A stretch of DNA of 17,117 bases from IMG/VR virus record IMGVR_UViG_2548876945_000002; one strand, 5' to 3'. The position numbers were made by a program, and so were the translations under genes. This DNA is from a virus (Duplodnaviria; Heunggongvirae; Uroviricota; Caudoviricetes). Of this stretch, positions 1 through 8,277 are shown piece by piece. The number at the start of each line of letters is the position of its first letter. Positions within the stretch are counted from its first letter, which is position 1. The notes beneath the pieces were generated by a model. The model did not search any database. It was not told the DNA's origin and was given only the letters and a program-made list of their open reading frames with translations.

Positions 1-194
1 AGCTCCTTTGTGTATCTGGCGTCGAGTTCTGCTACATCACGTTGACGCTTCTGCATATCAGCGATGATGGATGTGGCTTTGTCGCGCTGGTCTTTATAGG
101 CGATGGCGTTATCACGGTAATGATTAACAGCCCATGACAGGCAGACGATGATGCAGATAACCAGAGAGGAGATAATCGCGGTTACTCTGCTCAT
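1..194 (-). CDS. Rz: Rz i-spanin, N-terminal part only (gene runs off the window edge)
   Basis: Reverse-strand translation from ATG at 194..192 reads [39 protein letters not shown]..., close to lambda Rz as I recall it. Its ATG overlaps the R stop as ATGA, as in lambda. Truncated by the window boundary. Confidence 0.8.
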   Translation of the reverse strand, partial: MSRVTAIISSLVICIIVCLSWAVNHYRDNAIAYKDQRDKATSIIADMQKRQRDVAELDARYTKE

Positions 195-667
195 ACTTCA
201 ATCTCTCTGACCGTTCCGCCTGCTTCTTTGAATTTTGCAATCAGTCTGTCAGCCTTATGCTCGAACTGACCATAACCAGCCCCCGGAAGTGAAGCCCAGA
301 TATTGCTGCAACGGTCAATTGCCTGACGAATATCACCACGATCAATCATCGGTAAAGCGCCACGCTCCTTAATCTGCTGCAGCGCAACAGCGTCCTGGCT
401 TTTGGGAGAGAAGTCTTTCAGGCCAAGCTGCTTACGGTAAGCATCCCACCAACGGGAAAGAAGCTGGTAACGTCCGGCTGCTGTTGATTTGAGTTTGGGG
501 TTTAGCGTGACAAGTTTGCGAGGGTGATCGGAGTAATCAGTGAATAGCTCTCCGCCTACAATGACGTCATAACCATGATTTCTGGTTTTCTGACGTCCGT
601 TATCAGTTCCCTCTGACCACGCCAGCATATCGAGGAACGCCTTACGTTGATTATTGATTTCCACCAT
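191..667 (-). CDS. R: Endolysin R (lambda-type lytic transglycosylase), 158 aa
   Basis: ORF translation [39 protein letters not shown]... is near-identical over its whole length to lambda R as I recall it. ATG start confirmed at 667..665; start overlaps the S gene 3' end. Confidence 0.95.
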   Translation of the reverse strand: MVEINNQRKAFLDMLAWSEGTDNGRQKTRNHGYDVIVGGELFTDYSDHPRKLVTLNPKLKSTAAGRYQLLSRWWDAYRKQLGLKDFSPKSQDAVALQQIKERGALPMIDRGDIRQAIDRCSNIWASLPGAGYGQFEHKADRLIAKFKEAGGTVREIEV

Positions 668-974
668 CTTCTACTCCGGCTTTTTTAGCAGCGAAGCGTT
701 TGATAAGCGAACCAATCGAGTCAGTACCGATGTAGCCGATGAACACGCTCGTTATATAAGCGAGATTGCTACTTAGTCCGGCGAAGTCGAGAAGATCACG
801 AATGAACCAGGCGATAATGGCGCACATCGTTGCGTCGATTACTGTTTTTGTAAACGCACCGCCATTATATCTGCCGCGAAGGTACGCCATTGCAAACGCA
901 AGGATTGCCCCGATGCCTTGTTCCTTTGCCGCGAGAATCGCGGCTAACAGGTCATGTTTTTCTGGCATCTTCAT
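651..974 (-). CDS. S: Holin S (class I, lambda S107/S105 dual-start type), 107 aa
   Basis: Translation [39 protein letters not shown]... is near-identical to lambda S. Two in-frame ATGs (974..972 and 968..966) give the Met-Lys-Met dual-start motif of the antiholin/holin pair. Confidence 0.95.
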   Translation of the reverse strand: MKMPEKHDLLAAILAAKEQGIGAILAFAMAYLRGRYNGGAFTKTVIDATMCAIIAWFIRDLLDFAGLSSNLAYITSVFIGYIGTDSIGSLIKRFAAKKAGVEDGGNQ

Positions 975-1511
975 GTCTTACCCCCAATAAGGGGATTTGC
1001 TCTATTTAATTAGGAATAAGGTCGATTACTGATAGAACAAATCCAGGCTACTGTGTTTAGTAATCAGATTTGTTCGTGACCGATATGCACGGGCAAAACG
1101 GCAGGAGGTTGTTAGCGCGACCTCCTGTCACCCGCTTTCACGAAGATCATGTGTAGAAGGCCGCAGCATAACTATCACTGATGAATTCAGGATAGCCAGT
1201 GGCTACGGCTCAGTTTGGGTTGTGCTGTTGCTGGGCGGCGATGACGCCTGTACGCATTTGGTGATCCGGTTCTGCTTCCGGCATTCGCTTAATTCAGCAC
1301 AACGGAAAGAGCACTGTATGTTGCCGGGCCAGATGTCGGCTGCACAGGGAGTCATTGCCGACCCACGCCCTAAACACACTCGTAAATGCGCTTAGGGTTG
1401 TCTCCCCTGGTATCCAGTTATTCCCCGGCTGGGGATACTCCGCGCGACGCTAATGCGTTTCGTCCCTCATGGACTCGTCAGGCGCGCAATGCTCTTACCT
1501 GTTGTGCAAAC

Positions 1512-1552
1512 AAAAAAGCCACCGTTGCAACTTAAGAGTCACTAACGGCAGC
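1512..1552 (-). terminator. Candidate tR'-like intrinsic terminator of the short late-leader transcript
   Basis: On the minus strand, an imperfect stem GCUGCCGUU...AACGGUGGC (two G-U pairs) is followed by U6. The sequence just after the U-tract (TTTGCACAACAGGTAAGAGCATTG) matches what follows tR' in lambda as I recall it. Confidence 0.4.
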
Positions 1553-1562
1553 TTACCCTCTA

Positions 1563-1591
1563 ATTATGGCTAAATGGCTAATTGCATGTCA
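1563..1591 (-). promoter_or_regulatory. Candidate late promoter pR' (-35 TTGACA, 17-nt spacer, -10 CATAAT) overlapping the 3' end of Q
   Basis: Minus-strand TTGACA at 1591..1586 and CATAAT at 1568..1563 with a 17-nt spacer, directly upstream of the candidate terminator. A qut site is expected here but cannot be delimited by eye. Confidence 0.45.
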
Positions 1592-2088
1592 AGGCTTTTA
1601 ACAGCAACATGCTTAACTTTCTCAACACGTTTACGCATTTTGAAAGCATTTTGCATTGGTTGGTACAAAACAAATAACGACGCTTTCAGGATGTCGTCAA
1701 TTTCATTTCTACAGGTTGCCAGTGAAGGTTTTCTCCATCCCTCACCACCACGCCCACACATCTTGCGTGGCTTTGCAGTCGCGTGATAGTAGGATGCAAT
1801 TGCTCGCTTAGATGAACCATGAGCGTAGTAGCTGAGGAGGATGCCAAAGGCTTTCTTGTCAATGTACATGACGGAATCGACGACCTGAGAAATCAACATT
1901 CCATCATCATCATTACACATTGGCCTTGTAATAACTCTTCCCGGCTCTACGCTCTCCATAAACTTCGCTATTACGCTGCTCATGCGCTTTTCCAGGCGAC
2001 CTGAATAAACCCATGCGCCCCACAGTTCAAGCCAGCCATTCAGCCACTCATGCTGTTCTTTGGTGAGGTTTAGTTCTCTTATGCCCAC
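1570..2088 (-). CDS. Q: Late antiterminator Q, 933W/phage 82-like family (not lambda-Q type), 172 aa
   Basis: Sits between ninI and pR'/S. Motifs LELWGAWV and [14 protein letters not shown]...LLSYYAHG resemble the 933W/82 Q family (LERWGAWA, ICDDDAMIICGCM as recalled). First codon is GTG at 2088..2086 and there is no in-frame ATG near the N-terminus, so the exact start is uncertain. Confidence 0.65.
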   Translation of the reverse strand: MGIRELNLTKEQHEWLNGWLELWGAWVYSGRLEKRMSSVIAKFMESVEPGRVITRPMCNDDDGMLISQVVDSVMYIDKKAFGILLSYYAHGSSKRAIASYYHATAKPRKMCGRGGEGWRKPSLATCRNEIDDILKASLFVLYQPMQNAFKMRKRVEKVKHVAVKSLDMQLAI

Positions 2089-2750
2089 GCGCCTTCTCCC
2101 TGTACTTGAATCAATGTGATGTTTCCGCAGAACACTGCGCCGGTATCGATATACATCTGGTTGGCAAACTTGAGTGGTTTCACTGCTGGCGTATGACCAA
2201 AGATGAACGTGTCCGCTCCTTTGATTTCTTTCACGATCCCGTCTTGTGAGTTGCTGATTCGTTCGCGGTTCCAGATTACCTGCTGATGATCAACTGGCTT
2301 TCCAAACTCGTATTCGTCAAAGGGATAATCGGCGTGGCAGATGACATATTTTTTACCTTTGCTCACCAGCTCGATGATTAACGGAAGTTCATCTGCTTTA
2401 TGGGCAAGAGCTTTAGCCAGAATTTCTTTGTCGTAATCGAGATTAAAGAACCAACTACCGCCATTAAGCAGCCAGTGATTGACGTTTCCACGCTCTGATA
2501 AGCCATCAATCATCATTTGCTCATGGTTTCCACGTACAGCTCTGAACCAGGGGGATGTGATTAATTCCAGGCATTCGACGTTCTCTGTACCACGATCAAC
2601 CAAATCGCCCACCGAGATAAGCAGGTCTTTTTTGGTGTCGAATCCTATCGTCTCCAGTTTTTTCATCAGGTTCGTGTAGCATCCGTGCAGATCGCCAACT
2701 ACCCAAATATTTCGGTATTTGCTGCCATCAATTCTTTCGTAATAGCGCAT
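2079..2750 (-). CDS. ninI: Ser/Thr protein phosphatase NinI (lambda PPase, calcineurin-like metallophosphatase), about 223 aa
   Basis: From the internal ATG at 2750..2748 the translation [29 protein letters not shown]...GDLVDRG...GNHE is near-identical to lambda phosphatase. The longer ORF-track start at 2825 would overlap ninH, so the internal Met is preferred. Confidence 0.9.
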   Translation of the reverse strand: MRYYERIDGSKYRNIWVVGDLHGCYTNLMKKLETIGFDTKKDLLISVGDLVDRGTENVECLELITSPWFRAVRGNHEQMMIDGLSERGNVNHWLLNGGSWFFNLDYDKEILAKALAHKADELPLIIELVSKGKKYVICHADYPFDEYEFGKPVDHQQVIWNRERISNSQDGIVKEIKGADTFIFGHTPAVKPLKFANQMYIDTGAVFCGNITLIQVQGEGAWA

Positions 2751-2934
2751 CTCTTTCACTCCATCCGCGATGAACCATAAGAACGTCGTTGACGATGGCG
2801 TGCATTTTCCCGTCTTTATCATCAACGTATTTTCTGACCGTGCCGCGACTACATTTCAGTCTGCGTGCTACTTCTGTCTGGTTTCCGTATGCTTCAACGA
2901 GCATGTCTGGAATGGTTTTTACTGAGAACGTCAT
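2728..2934 (-). CDS. ninH: NinH, 68 aa
   Basis: From the internal ATG at 2934..2932 the translation is [43 protein letters not shown]..., matching lambda NinH. Its ATG overlaps the upstream stop as ATGA. Confidence 0.85.
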   Translation of the reverse strand: MTFSVKTIPDMLVEAYGNQTEVARRLKCSRGTVRKYVDDKDGKMHAIVNDVLMVHRGWSERDALLRKN

Positions 2935-3326
2935 GCGGCCTCCAGTAGCTCTGTAATCATTGGCAAACTCCCGCATGTTTCAGTCACAACCAACACAAGC
3001 ATTCCACCTTTAATCGCCTGATAGCGCTTGATGCGCATATCGTCTATCTGACCGTCATCCAGCCAGAAGCCCGCACTGGTGAGTGCGTCAAAAACGGCTT
3101 TGGGCAGATTGTCCAAATCTCGTTTGCGGTTATCGGGAGGTGCTGCGTGGATGGTTATTCTGATGCGAGGTGTGATTTTGATGTCTAGCTGTTGTTGCTG
3201 GATTATTTCGATTACTTCTTTTCGGTATCTCTTCCCCCAGTCGCTGATGTAGTGGATCCCTCTTGAGTGTCGCCAATATCGGTTGTTTGAAGGAGGCCAC
3301 GGCAATTTTATTCGGTAGGTTTTCAT
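2931..3326 (-). CDS. rusA: RusA-family Holliday junction resolvase, 131 aa
   Basis: Translation MKTYRIKLPWPPSNNRYWRH...RDLDNLPKAVFDALTSAGFWLDDGQI carries the RusA signature. It occupies the position NinG/Rap has in lambda. ATGA overlap with the upstream gene. Confidence 0.85.
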   Translation of the reverse strand: MKTYRIKLPWPPSNNRYWRHSRGIHYISDWGKRYRKEVIEIIQQQQLDIKITPRIRITIHAAPPDNRKRDLDNLPKAVFDALTSAGFWLDDGQIDDMRIKRYQAIKGGMLVLVVTETCGSLPMITELLEAA

Positions 3327-3613
3327 GACTTAATCTTCCCCTCCTTCAGCAGTATCGCCTGCGTCCTGATCACGCCTTCGAGGTGGTAAAGTCTGGCGTC
3401 TTTGTTGTCGAGAATCATTGTGCGTCGGTCGATCTCCGCGTGGCAGTCACTACAAGCCCATGCACCGATCAGGTCGTCAGGCTTCATTCCAGTTCCGCAA
3501 ATTCCAGCCATCCGGTAATGTGCCAGAACTGTAGTTTCAGGATTGCCATTGCATACGCCGTAAATACGTACCTGGCATTCTCTGCCGCGCGCTTCTTTGC
3601 GTAGGTTAGCCAT
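3323..3613 (-). CDS. YbcO-like protein (DUF1364, putative Zn-binding nuclease), 96 aa
   Basis: Translation MANLRKEARGRECQVRIYGVCNGNPETTVLAHY...CSDCHAEIDRR resembles DLP12 YbcO as recalled, which also sits next to rusA. Start ATG overlaps the upstream stop as TAATG. Confidence 0.6.
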   Translation of the reverse strand: MANLRKEARGRECQVRIYGVCNGNPETTVLAHYRMAGICGTGMKPDDLIGAWACSDCHAEIDRRTMILDNKDARLYHLEGVIRTQAILLKEGKIKS

Positions 3614-4338
3614 TAAGCAGCCTCCCCTGTTACTTTCAGCATTCCGTTATCGAGCAGCTTTCTGGTCAGCCACTGTTGACCACGCCCGGTGATTTTTGTG
3701 GTGAACGATATCTGTATTCCGTGATTTGTGTTGACCGCTGTTTCTTTCACTGTGAAATAGCCGCGCTCCATATATTCCTGCATTGGCACATTGCGCCGGG
3801 AACCTGAAGCAATAAGGATTTTGTGATCGCGCATCCACGCAAACAGTTTGTTTGGACCAATTCCAACAACCTTTGCAAAGTTTCCAATCAAAATTCCGCT
3901 GGCCTCGCCAACGCGATCGGCAAACTCAACTTTAGGTGCGGCAATTGCGAGCTGGTTTTCCAGTTGCATTTTCTGCTCAGCAAGATCAGCAGCAAGGCGC
4001 AACGCTTCCGGTAGCGTTTTGGGGATATTAACCGCAGCTTCTTCAAGCTCTCGCCAACGGTCAACAAGACGAGCGGTGAATTCCGGCGACAATTGGGCGA
4101 CGACAATAATGCTGTCTCGCTTTCCTTGTTCGCCCTCGAAGACGTAGAAATCACGCTTCCCGGTAATAACACCTAAATCATTGATTATGTTAGTGTGCTG
4201 CAATGCAGGAGGCTTGATAACGCCACGTTTCACCAATCTATCTATGGATACTTTTACATTGCTATGGCGGCTTTCTACCAACTCAGCGATTTCAATGCTG
4301 GTCATTTTGATGGCATTGCCATTTATTAACTCATTCAT
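3613..4338 (-). CDS. Rha/antirepressor-family protein (N-terminal Rha-like, C-terminal ANT/KilA-C-like), 241 aa
   Basis: N-terminal segment TSIEIAELVESRHSNVKVSIDRLVKRG looks like the phage Rha regulatory domain; the C-terminal half resembles antirepressor ANT domains. Domain calls are from memory of the families. Confidence 0.6.
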   Translation of the reverse strand: MNELINGNAIKMTSIEIAELVESRHSNVKVSIDRLVKRGVIKPPALQHTNIINDLGVITGKRDFYVFEGEQGKRDSIIVVAQLSPEFTARLVDRWRELEEAAVNIPKTLPEALRLAADLAEQKMQLENQLAIAAPKVEFADRVGEASGILIGNFAKVVGIGPNKLFAWMRDHKILIASGSRRNVPMQEYMERGYFTVKETAVNTNHGIQISFTTKITGRGQQWLTRKLLDNGMLKVTGEAA

Positions 4339-4501
4339 CGTCTTCTTCCTCGTACATTGAGCTATTCGGATCGCTCATCAGCTCTGCGCAGCAATCGGAG
4401 CACACGTGAACTTCCAGCATATGCAGCTTCTGACCGCAATTAGCGCACGTTAAAGCCCGCTCGACGCTTTGTTGTTCGTAACTTCGATTTGGGTCAATCA
4501 C
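4331..4501 (-). CDS. ninF: NinF, about 56 aa with GTG start (ORF-track start at 4543 is the alternative)
   Basis: Core [47 protein letters not shown] matches lambda NinF. GTG at 4501..4499 overlaps the ninE stop as GTGA, which I take as the more likely start. Confidence 0.65.
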   Translation of the reverse strand: MIDPNRSYEQQSVERALTCANCGQKLHMLEVHVCSDCCAELMSDPNSSMYEEEDDE

Positions 4502-4680
4502 CTTGTTTTCCTCGCACGATGTCTTAGCCACCGGATATCCCACAGATGAGCCGCGTAGTTGAAGGTTTTTACGTCAGATTCTTTTGGGATTAGCTTGCGT
4601 TTATTTCTGGAACGCTTCGTTGGAAGGTATTTGCAGTTTTCGCAGATGATGTCGGTGATACTTCGTCGCTGTCGTCTCAT
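4498..4680 (-). CDS. ninE: NinE, 60 aa
   Basis: From the internal ATG at 4680..4678 the translation [60 protein letters not shown] matches lambda NinE. ATGA overlap with the methyltransferase stop. Confidence 0.8.
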   Translation of the reverse strand: MRRQRRSITDIICENCKYLPTKRSRNKRKLIPKESDVKTFNYAAHLWDIRWLRHRARKTR

Positions 4681-5204
4681 GCCGCCCTCCTGACGCCCTG
4701 CCCGATCGCCATCAATGCCGCTTTGGATACGGTAGTAAACATCCGTCGAGGACTGATGAACGGTCGCCAAATCAGCAGCATGGAGCCTTTGCTGTTTCCC
4801 TTCTTCTCCAGCCCTGTCGATGGTTCGATAAAATTAATCCGTCCATCAGTGATAATGCGAACTTCGTCAACACTCTCCAGAGCCTTGCTGAACCATCCGA
4901 CTGACATATCCTCTGGCACAAGCATAACTACCGTCTGTCGCTGTTGTATGCACTGCTCAGCGGCTTTTTCCACCCACGGCCTGATATTGCTGTGCGGTGG
5001 GTTATTCCAGATTGCACCGTGGCTTACCCACTCAGAATTGAGCGCGTCGTCGGCCTCAGTTAGCCAGTGAGCACACAGAGCATTTTTGTCGCTCGCTGCC
5101 GAATCCAGCCAGAATCCAAACTCAATATCCAGTGCATCAAAAAGCCAAAGCGGCGTTTGCCAGCAGTCCTTGTCGTGTGCTGGCGTATTTGATTTGATAG
5201 TCAT
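4677..5204 (-). CDS. Phage-type DNA N6-adenine methyltransferase (Dam family), about 175 aa
   Basis: Translation [25 protein letters not shown]...[16 protein letters not shown] carries an NPP(H/Y)-type motif typical of N6-adenine methyltransferases. Preferred start is the ATG at 5204..5202, which overlaps the HNH stop as ATGA; the ORF-track start is 5222. Confidence 0.7.
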   Translation of the reverse strand: MTIKSNTPAHDKDCWQTPLWLFDALDIEFGFWLDSAASDKNALCAHWLTEADDALNSEWVSHGAIWNNPPHSNIRPWVEKAAEQCIQQRQTVVMLVPEDMSVGWFSKALESVDEVRIITDGRINFIEPSTGLEKKGNSKGSMLLIWRPFISPRRMFTTVSKAALMAIGQGVRRAA

Positions 5205-5803
5205 GCAGCCCGATCTCCCCATCTCGCTTTCATTGTTTCATTTGCAAATCGCCAGAATCTTCCTTTGTGATATGAGCTTTCGCCATTACAGCAACGACTA
5301 ATTGACGAACTATCAAATCCTTCTCTGACAGCATCCATAGCTGCTTCATAATAAACCTCCTCCCCAGTTTTCATGTCAGTAGAAATAACAGCTTTACTGG
5401 CAGGATGATCACCACTAAATTTACCTAGCGATATAGGTATTCTTCCATTTTGTTTATATCCGTGCTTTGAGTTTTCAGAATGTGATACCCATTCAAGGTT
5501 TTCAGCCCTATTGTCATCTCTTTGCCCATTTTTGTGATTAACTACCAAGCCATCACAGAACCCTGTACAGAATGCTTTCGCAACTATCCTGTGGGCGCTG
5601 TATTTCTTACCGTATACCTTTATTTGAAGATATCCTGTCGACTTGCACTTGAATGGTTTTACGCTAGTGCCATTAATTATTTTCTTATATGGCCTCTGTC
5701 TAGTTGATGTTACTGTAATTTCCCTCGTAATAGACCTGAAATTTCCTTTATTGCTAACCTGATAAAATGGAATTCCTTCGATATCTACCCAAACCTCAAT
5801 CAT
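5201..5803 (-). CDS. HNH homing-type endonuclease (NUMOD4-like N-terminus, HNH core, C-terminal DNA-binding module), 200 aa
   Basis: N-terminal WVDIEGIPFYQVSNKGNFRS, HNH core NHKNGQRDDNRAENLEWVSHSENSKHG, C-terminal SISRCCNGESSYHKGRFWRFA. The region is AT-rich relative to its flanks. A GGAGG Shine-Dalgarno lies inside the ninB 3' end. The last codons encode KARWGDRAA (see findings). Confidence 0.8.
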   Translation of the reverse strand: MIEVWVDIEGIPFYQVSNKGNFRSITREITVTSTRQRPYKKIINGTSVKPFKCKSTGYLQIKVYGKKYSAHRIVAKAFCTGFCDGLVVNHKNGQRDDNRAENLEWVSHSENSKHGYKQNGRIPISLGKFSGDHPASKAVISTDMKTGEEVYYEAAMDAVREGFDSSSISRCCNGESSYHKGRFWRFANETMKARWGDRAA

Positions 5804-6212
5804 AATTCCTCCATTCGCTAAGATGAATTGAGTTCATGGCACAATATGCTTCTATGTAGTCCATTATTTCGGATATTTTTTTTACAGAGAGAGTCGCCGT
5901 ACTCTCTCTGATGTTTATTAGCTCACCTTCTAACCCTGATATAATCTCAGGGTGCTGGTTGGTTGCAATCTGCCAACCAGAAACGAATAACCCCTTCCAA
6001 AACTCAATATTTCTTGCTTTTCCATGATATGTAGCCTTCTTACTTATTTCAGATAGCATCGCGTGAAGGCGTGCATTTTGCCGAATGCTGCGGTTGCGTT
6101 CCTGAATGGTTACTACGATTGGTTTGGTTGGGTCTGGAAGGATTTGCTGGATAGCTTGAATGGCGTTCTGCTGATGTGCTGGAGATCGAATTTCAAAGGT
6201 TAGTTTTTTCAT
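5796..6212 (-). CDS. ninB: NinB (Orf-family recombination mediator), about 138 aa
   Basis: From ATG at 6212..6210: MKKLTFEIRSPAHQQNAIQAIQQILPDPTKPIVVTIQERNRS is nearly identical to the lambda NinB N-terminus. The rest is divergent but alignable with lambda NinB. Confidence 0.85.
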   Translation of the reverse strand: MKKLTFEIRSPAHQQNAIQAIQQILPDPTKPIVVTIQERNRSIRQNARLHAMLSEISKKATYHGKARNIEFWKGLFVSGWQIATNQHPEIISGLEGELINIRESTATLSVKKISEIMDYIEAYCAMNSIHLSEWRNYD

Positions 6213-6230
6213 GACTTCCCTCTCCCCCAA

Positions 6231-6260
6231 ATAAAAAGGCCTGCGATTACCAGCAGGCCT
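6231..6260 (-). terminator. Intrinsic terminator between the primase-helicase gene and ninB (tR2-like position)
   Basis: Perfect 8-bp inverted repeat AGGCCTGC / GCAGGCCT with an 8-nt loop (6237..6260), followed on the minus strand by TTTTTAT (6236..6231). Confidence 0.7.
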
Positions 6261-6289
6261 GTTATTAGCTCAGTGATGTAGATGGTCAT

Positions 6290-8170
6290 TTAATACTCCG
6301 TCACGTTTTCCTGTCGCCACGCCTCGTCATATTCCGATTTCGGCATATTGGCGATGTAGCTATATGGCGATCCTGATTCAAGTTGCAGGAACTGGTGCGA
6401 TTGCTCATCAAGGAACAACGGGACACCACCTTCCCAACCTTCGCCGTTACGTTGTTTTTCAAGCATCAAAACAGATGCCGGAGATGCCAGTAGCTGTTCG
6501 TCCTTCTCTGACATCTTTTCACCACTCTGAACTCTCTGTAACGCTCTCTCGCGAGCCTTGTTACGCCAGATGATGAAAAGATTGTCTGTCAGGTCTGTTA
6601 TCGCTCCAGAGCCTTTTACGTCCATTTTCCCGGTTGGTTTTTCTTCGCTGTCACCTTTTCGCGAGTGAGTAACGAGAATGACGTGGGAGTTTGTTTTGTT
6701 TTTGAAATCGCAAATCGAGTCAACAAACGCCTTCTGCCCGTTATAGTCATCGTCGCCTATGCCACATTTCATCAGGCTGTCGATGATGAATAACTGGATG
6801 CCGTATCGGCGGCGAGCGTAGTCGAATATTTCGATCAGCCTGTCGGCTTTCGCCGTTCCGGTCAGGCCAAACACCCAAAGTCTTTCGTCATAAAATTTAA
6901 ATGCAGAGTCAATTTCCAGCACTGGCGGCATCTTGCAGCACGTCGCCTGACGGGTAAGTCGCTTAAGGAGAATGCCTGGCTTCAGCTCAAGTGACGCGAT
7001 GCACGTCTTCACACCCTGACGCATTGCCTCAAGTGCCATATGCCCGACAACCTCCGTTTTTCCGTGACCGTTCACACCATTGACCAGCGTCAACTCGGCC
7101 TCACGGAACTGGAATTTATCTGCCAGAGATTCCCATGGTGGATTAAACAGATACTGCTGCTTGCCGTAGAAAGCGTTGATTGTGTCCTGGTAAAACTCTC
7201 GCGCGCTGTAGAGTTCTTCAGGATCGAAGTAGGATGCCGTGCCGATGTACTGCCAGATTTCATCCTCGGTAACACCGTTCATCAGGCATTCGTTGATGTC
7301 TTTGTACGGCAGAGTAACAAGACGGCAACGATGTTCACCGAGTCGGCTTGCGATTTCCCTTGCGGCTTCACGACCAACATCATCAACATCCATCGAGATG
7401 AATATTTCCTCAAACCTGTCGAGGTTGTGATACTCAAACTCAATCCACTGTTGCTTAGCGCCTTTCCCGCCACCAAACGGCACGGATAACGCCGAGATGC
7501 CGTATTGCGCATAGCTCATACAATCAATTTCGCCTTCGCAAAGTACAACCGCCCTCACGCCAGCGTCCAGAGCCTGCCATCCGAACAGACAAGGTTCGCA
7601 ATCACCTTCTGCCATAATGACTTTCTTCCCGTCCGGGCGCTCAGTGCTGATTCGCTTGACCTGCAACAACTCACCATCGCGTTTGTACGGAAGCACCAGA
7701 GCATCCAGTTCTCGTTCTCCATTCCACACCTTTCCGCTGACAACCTCGTAGCGCTTTACGACTTCTGGCGATATGCCACGCGATTGCAGGTACTCAAGAT
7801 GGGATTCTGTTCTGGTAACGTAGCGGGCGATTTTCTTGCGATCAGGTCTGGAGAATTTCTTCTCACGTTTGGCATCGAAATGGTGATCGTCATCCTTGAT
7901 ACCGAGAAATGCTTTCGCTTCCTGCATAGCCTGATGCAGGTTAATTCCACGACATGCCATCCACAAATCAAGCATGTCACCGCCGTCTCCCTCAGCGAAA
8001 TCAGCCCATTTTTTCTTGCCGCTAAGGTTGACCTTAAGGCTGTTTCCCTTGTCACCGTTGACGTTACCGGCAACCCACTCATGCCCCTCTTTCTTGCCGT
8101 TTGGCAACAGGTGCGGAGCCACCCTGTCAACCTGCGCCCAAAGCAGGTTGCTAAGTTCACTTGGCCTCAT
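6290..8170 (-). CDS. Replicative DNA primase-helicase fusion (TOPRIM primase domain plus DnaB/RecA-fold helicase domain), 626 aa
   Basis: Central TOPRIM-like segment (VVLCEGEIDCMSYAQYGISALSVPFGGG) and C-terminal Walker A (LVNGVNGHGKTE) and Walker B-like (LFIIDSL) motifs. It occupies the position of lambda P. ATG start confirmed at 8170..8168. Confidence 0.8.
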   Translation of the reverse strand: MRPSELSNLLWAQVDRVAPHLLPNGKKEGHEWVAGNVNGDKGNSLKVNLSGKKKWADFAEGDGGDMLDLWMACRGINLHQAMQEAKAFLGIKDDDHHFDAKREKKFSRPDRKKIARYVTRTESHLEYLQSRGISPEVVKRYEVVSGKVWNGERELDALVLPYKRDGELLQVKRISTERPDGKKVIMAEGDCEPCLFGWQALDAGVRAVVLCEGEIDCMSYAQYGISALSVPFGGGKGAKQQWIEFEYHNLDRFEEIFISMDVDDVGREAAREIASRLGEHRCRLVTLPYKDINECLMNGVTEDEIWQYIGTASYFDPEELYSAREFYQDTINAFYGKQQYLFNPPWESLADKFQFREAELTLVNGVNGHGKTEVVGHMALEAMRQGVKTCIASLELKPGILLKRLTRQATCCKMPPVLEIDSAFKFYDERLWVFGLTGTAKADRLIEIFDYARRRYGIQLFIIDSLMKCGIGDDDYNGQKAFVDSICDFKNKTNSHVILVTHSRKGDSEEKPTGKMDVKGSGAITDLTDNLFIIWRNKARERALQRVQSGEKMSEKDEQLLASPASVLMLEKQRNGEGWEGGVPLFLDEQSHQFLQLESGSPYSYIANMPKSEYDEAWRQENVTEY

Positions 8171-8274
8171 GATTCCCTCAGATTGAGATTTTTAAACCAG
8201 AAATCGACAAACGAAATACTTAACCAGCCGTGGTTATAACCAGCGACCAGTAGCGATTTGATTTTTGATTTCAT
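8167..8274 (-). CDS. Small ORF (35 aa) between the initiator and the primase-helicase
   Basis: MKSKIKSLLVAGYNHGWLSISFVDFWFKNLNLRES, found by manual translation (below the ORF-track size cut-off). AGGTGA lies 4-5 nt upstream of the ATG; its stop overlaps the primase-helicase ATG as ATGA. Confidence 0.3.
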   Translation of the reverse strand: MKSKIKSLLVAGYNHGWLSISFVDFWFKNLNLRES

Positions 8275-8277
8275 GGT

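Noticed and set aside
766-990. 74-aa plus-strand ORF
   Set aside because: Antisense to the highly conserved S holin gene.
975-1570. tRNA genes or a toxin (stx-like) cassette between Q and S, as in 933W-type phages
   Set aside because: No ORF of meaningful size in the gap. I found no GTTCGA-type T-arm motif or cloverleaf-compatible segment by eye. Most of the gap aligns with the lambda late leader instead.
2751-2825. Longer N-terminal extension of the phosphatase (ORF-track start at 2825)
   Set aside because: The extension would overlap ninH coding sequence. Homology to lambda phosphatase begins at the internal Met at 2750.
3647-4172. Several 60-100 aa ORFs on both strands (3647-3838, 3823-4014, 3848-4147, 3888-4172)
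   Set aside because: All are embedded within or antisense to the Rha/Ant-like gene and have no start-site or motif support.
7505-8239. 244-aa plus-strand ORF
   Set aside because: It lies entirely antisense to the primase-helicase gene, which has strong motif support, and has no recognisable features. Likely a frame artefact.
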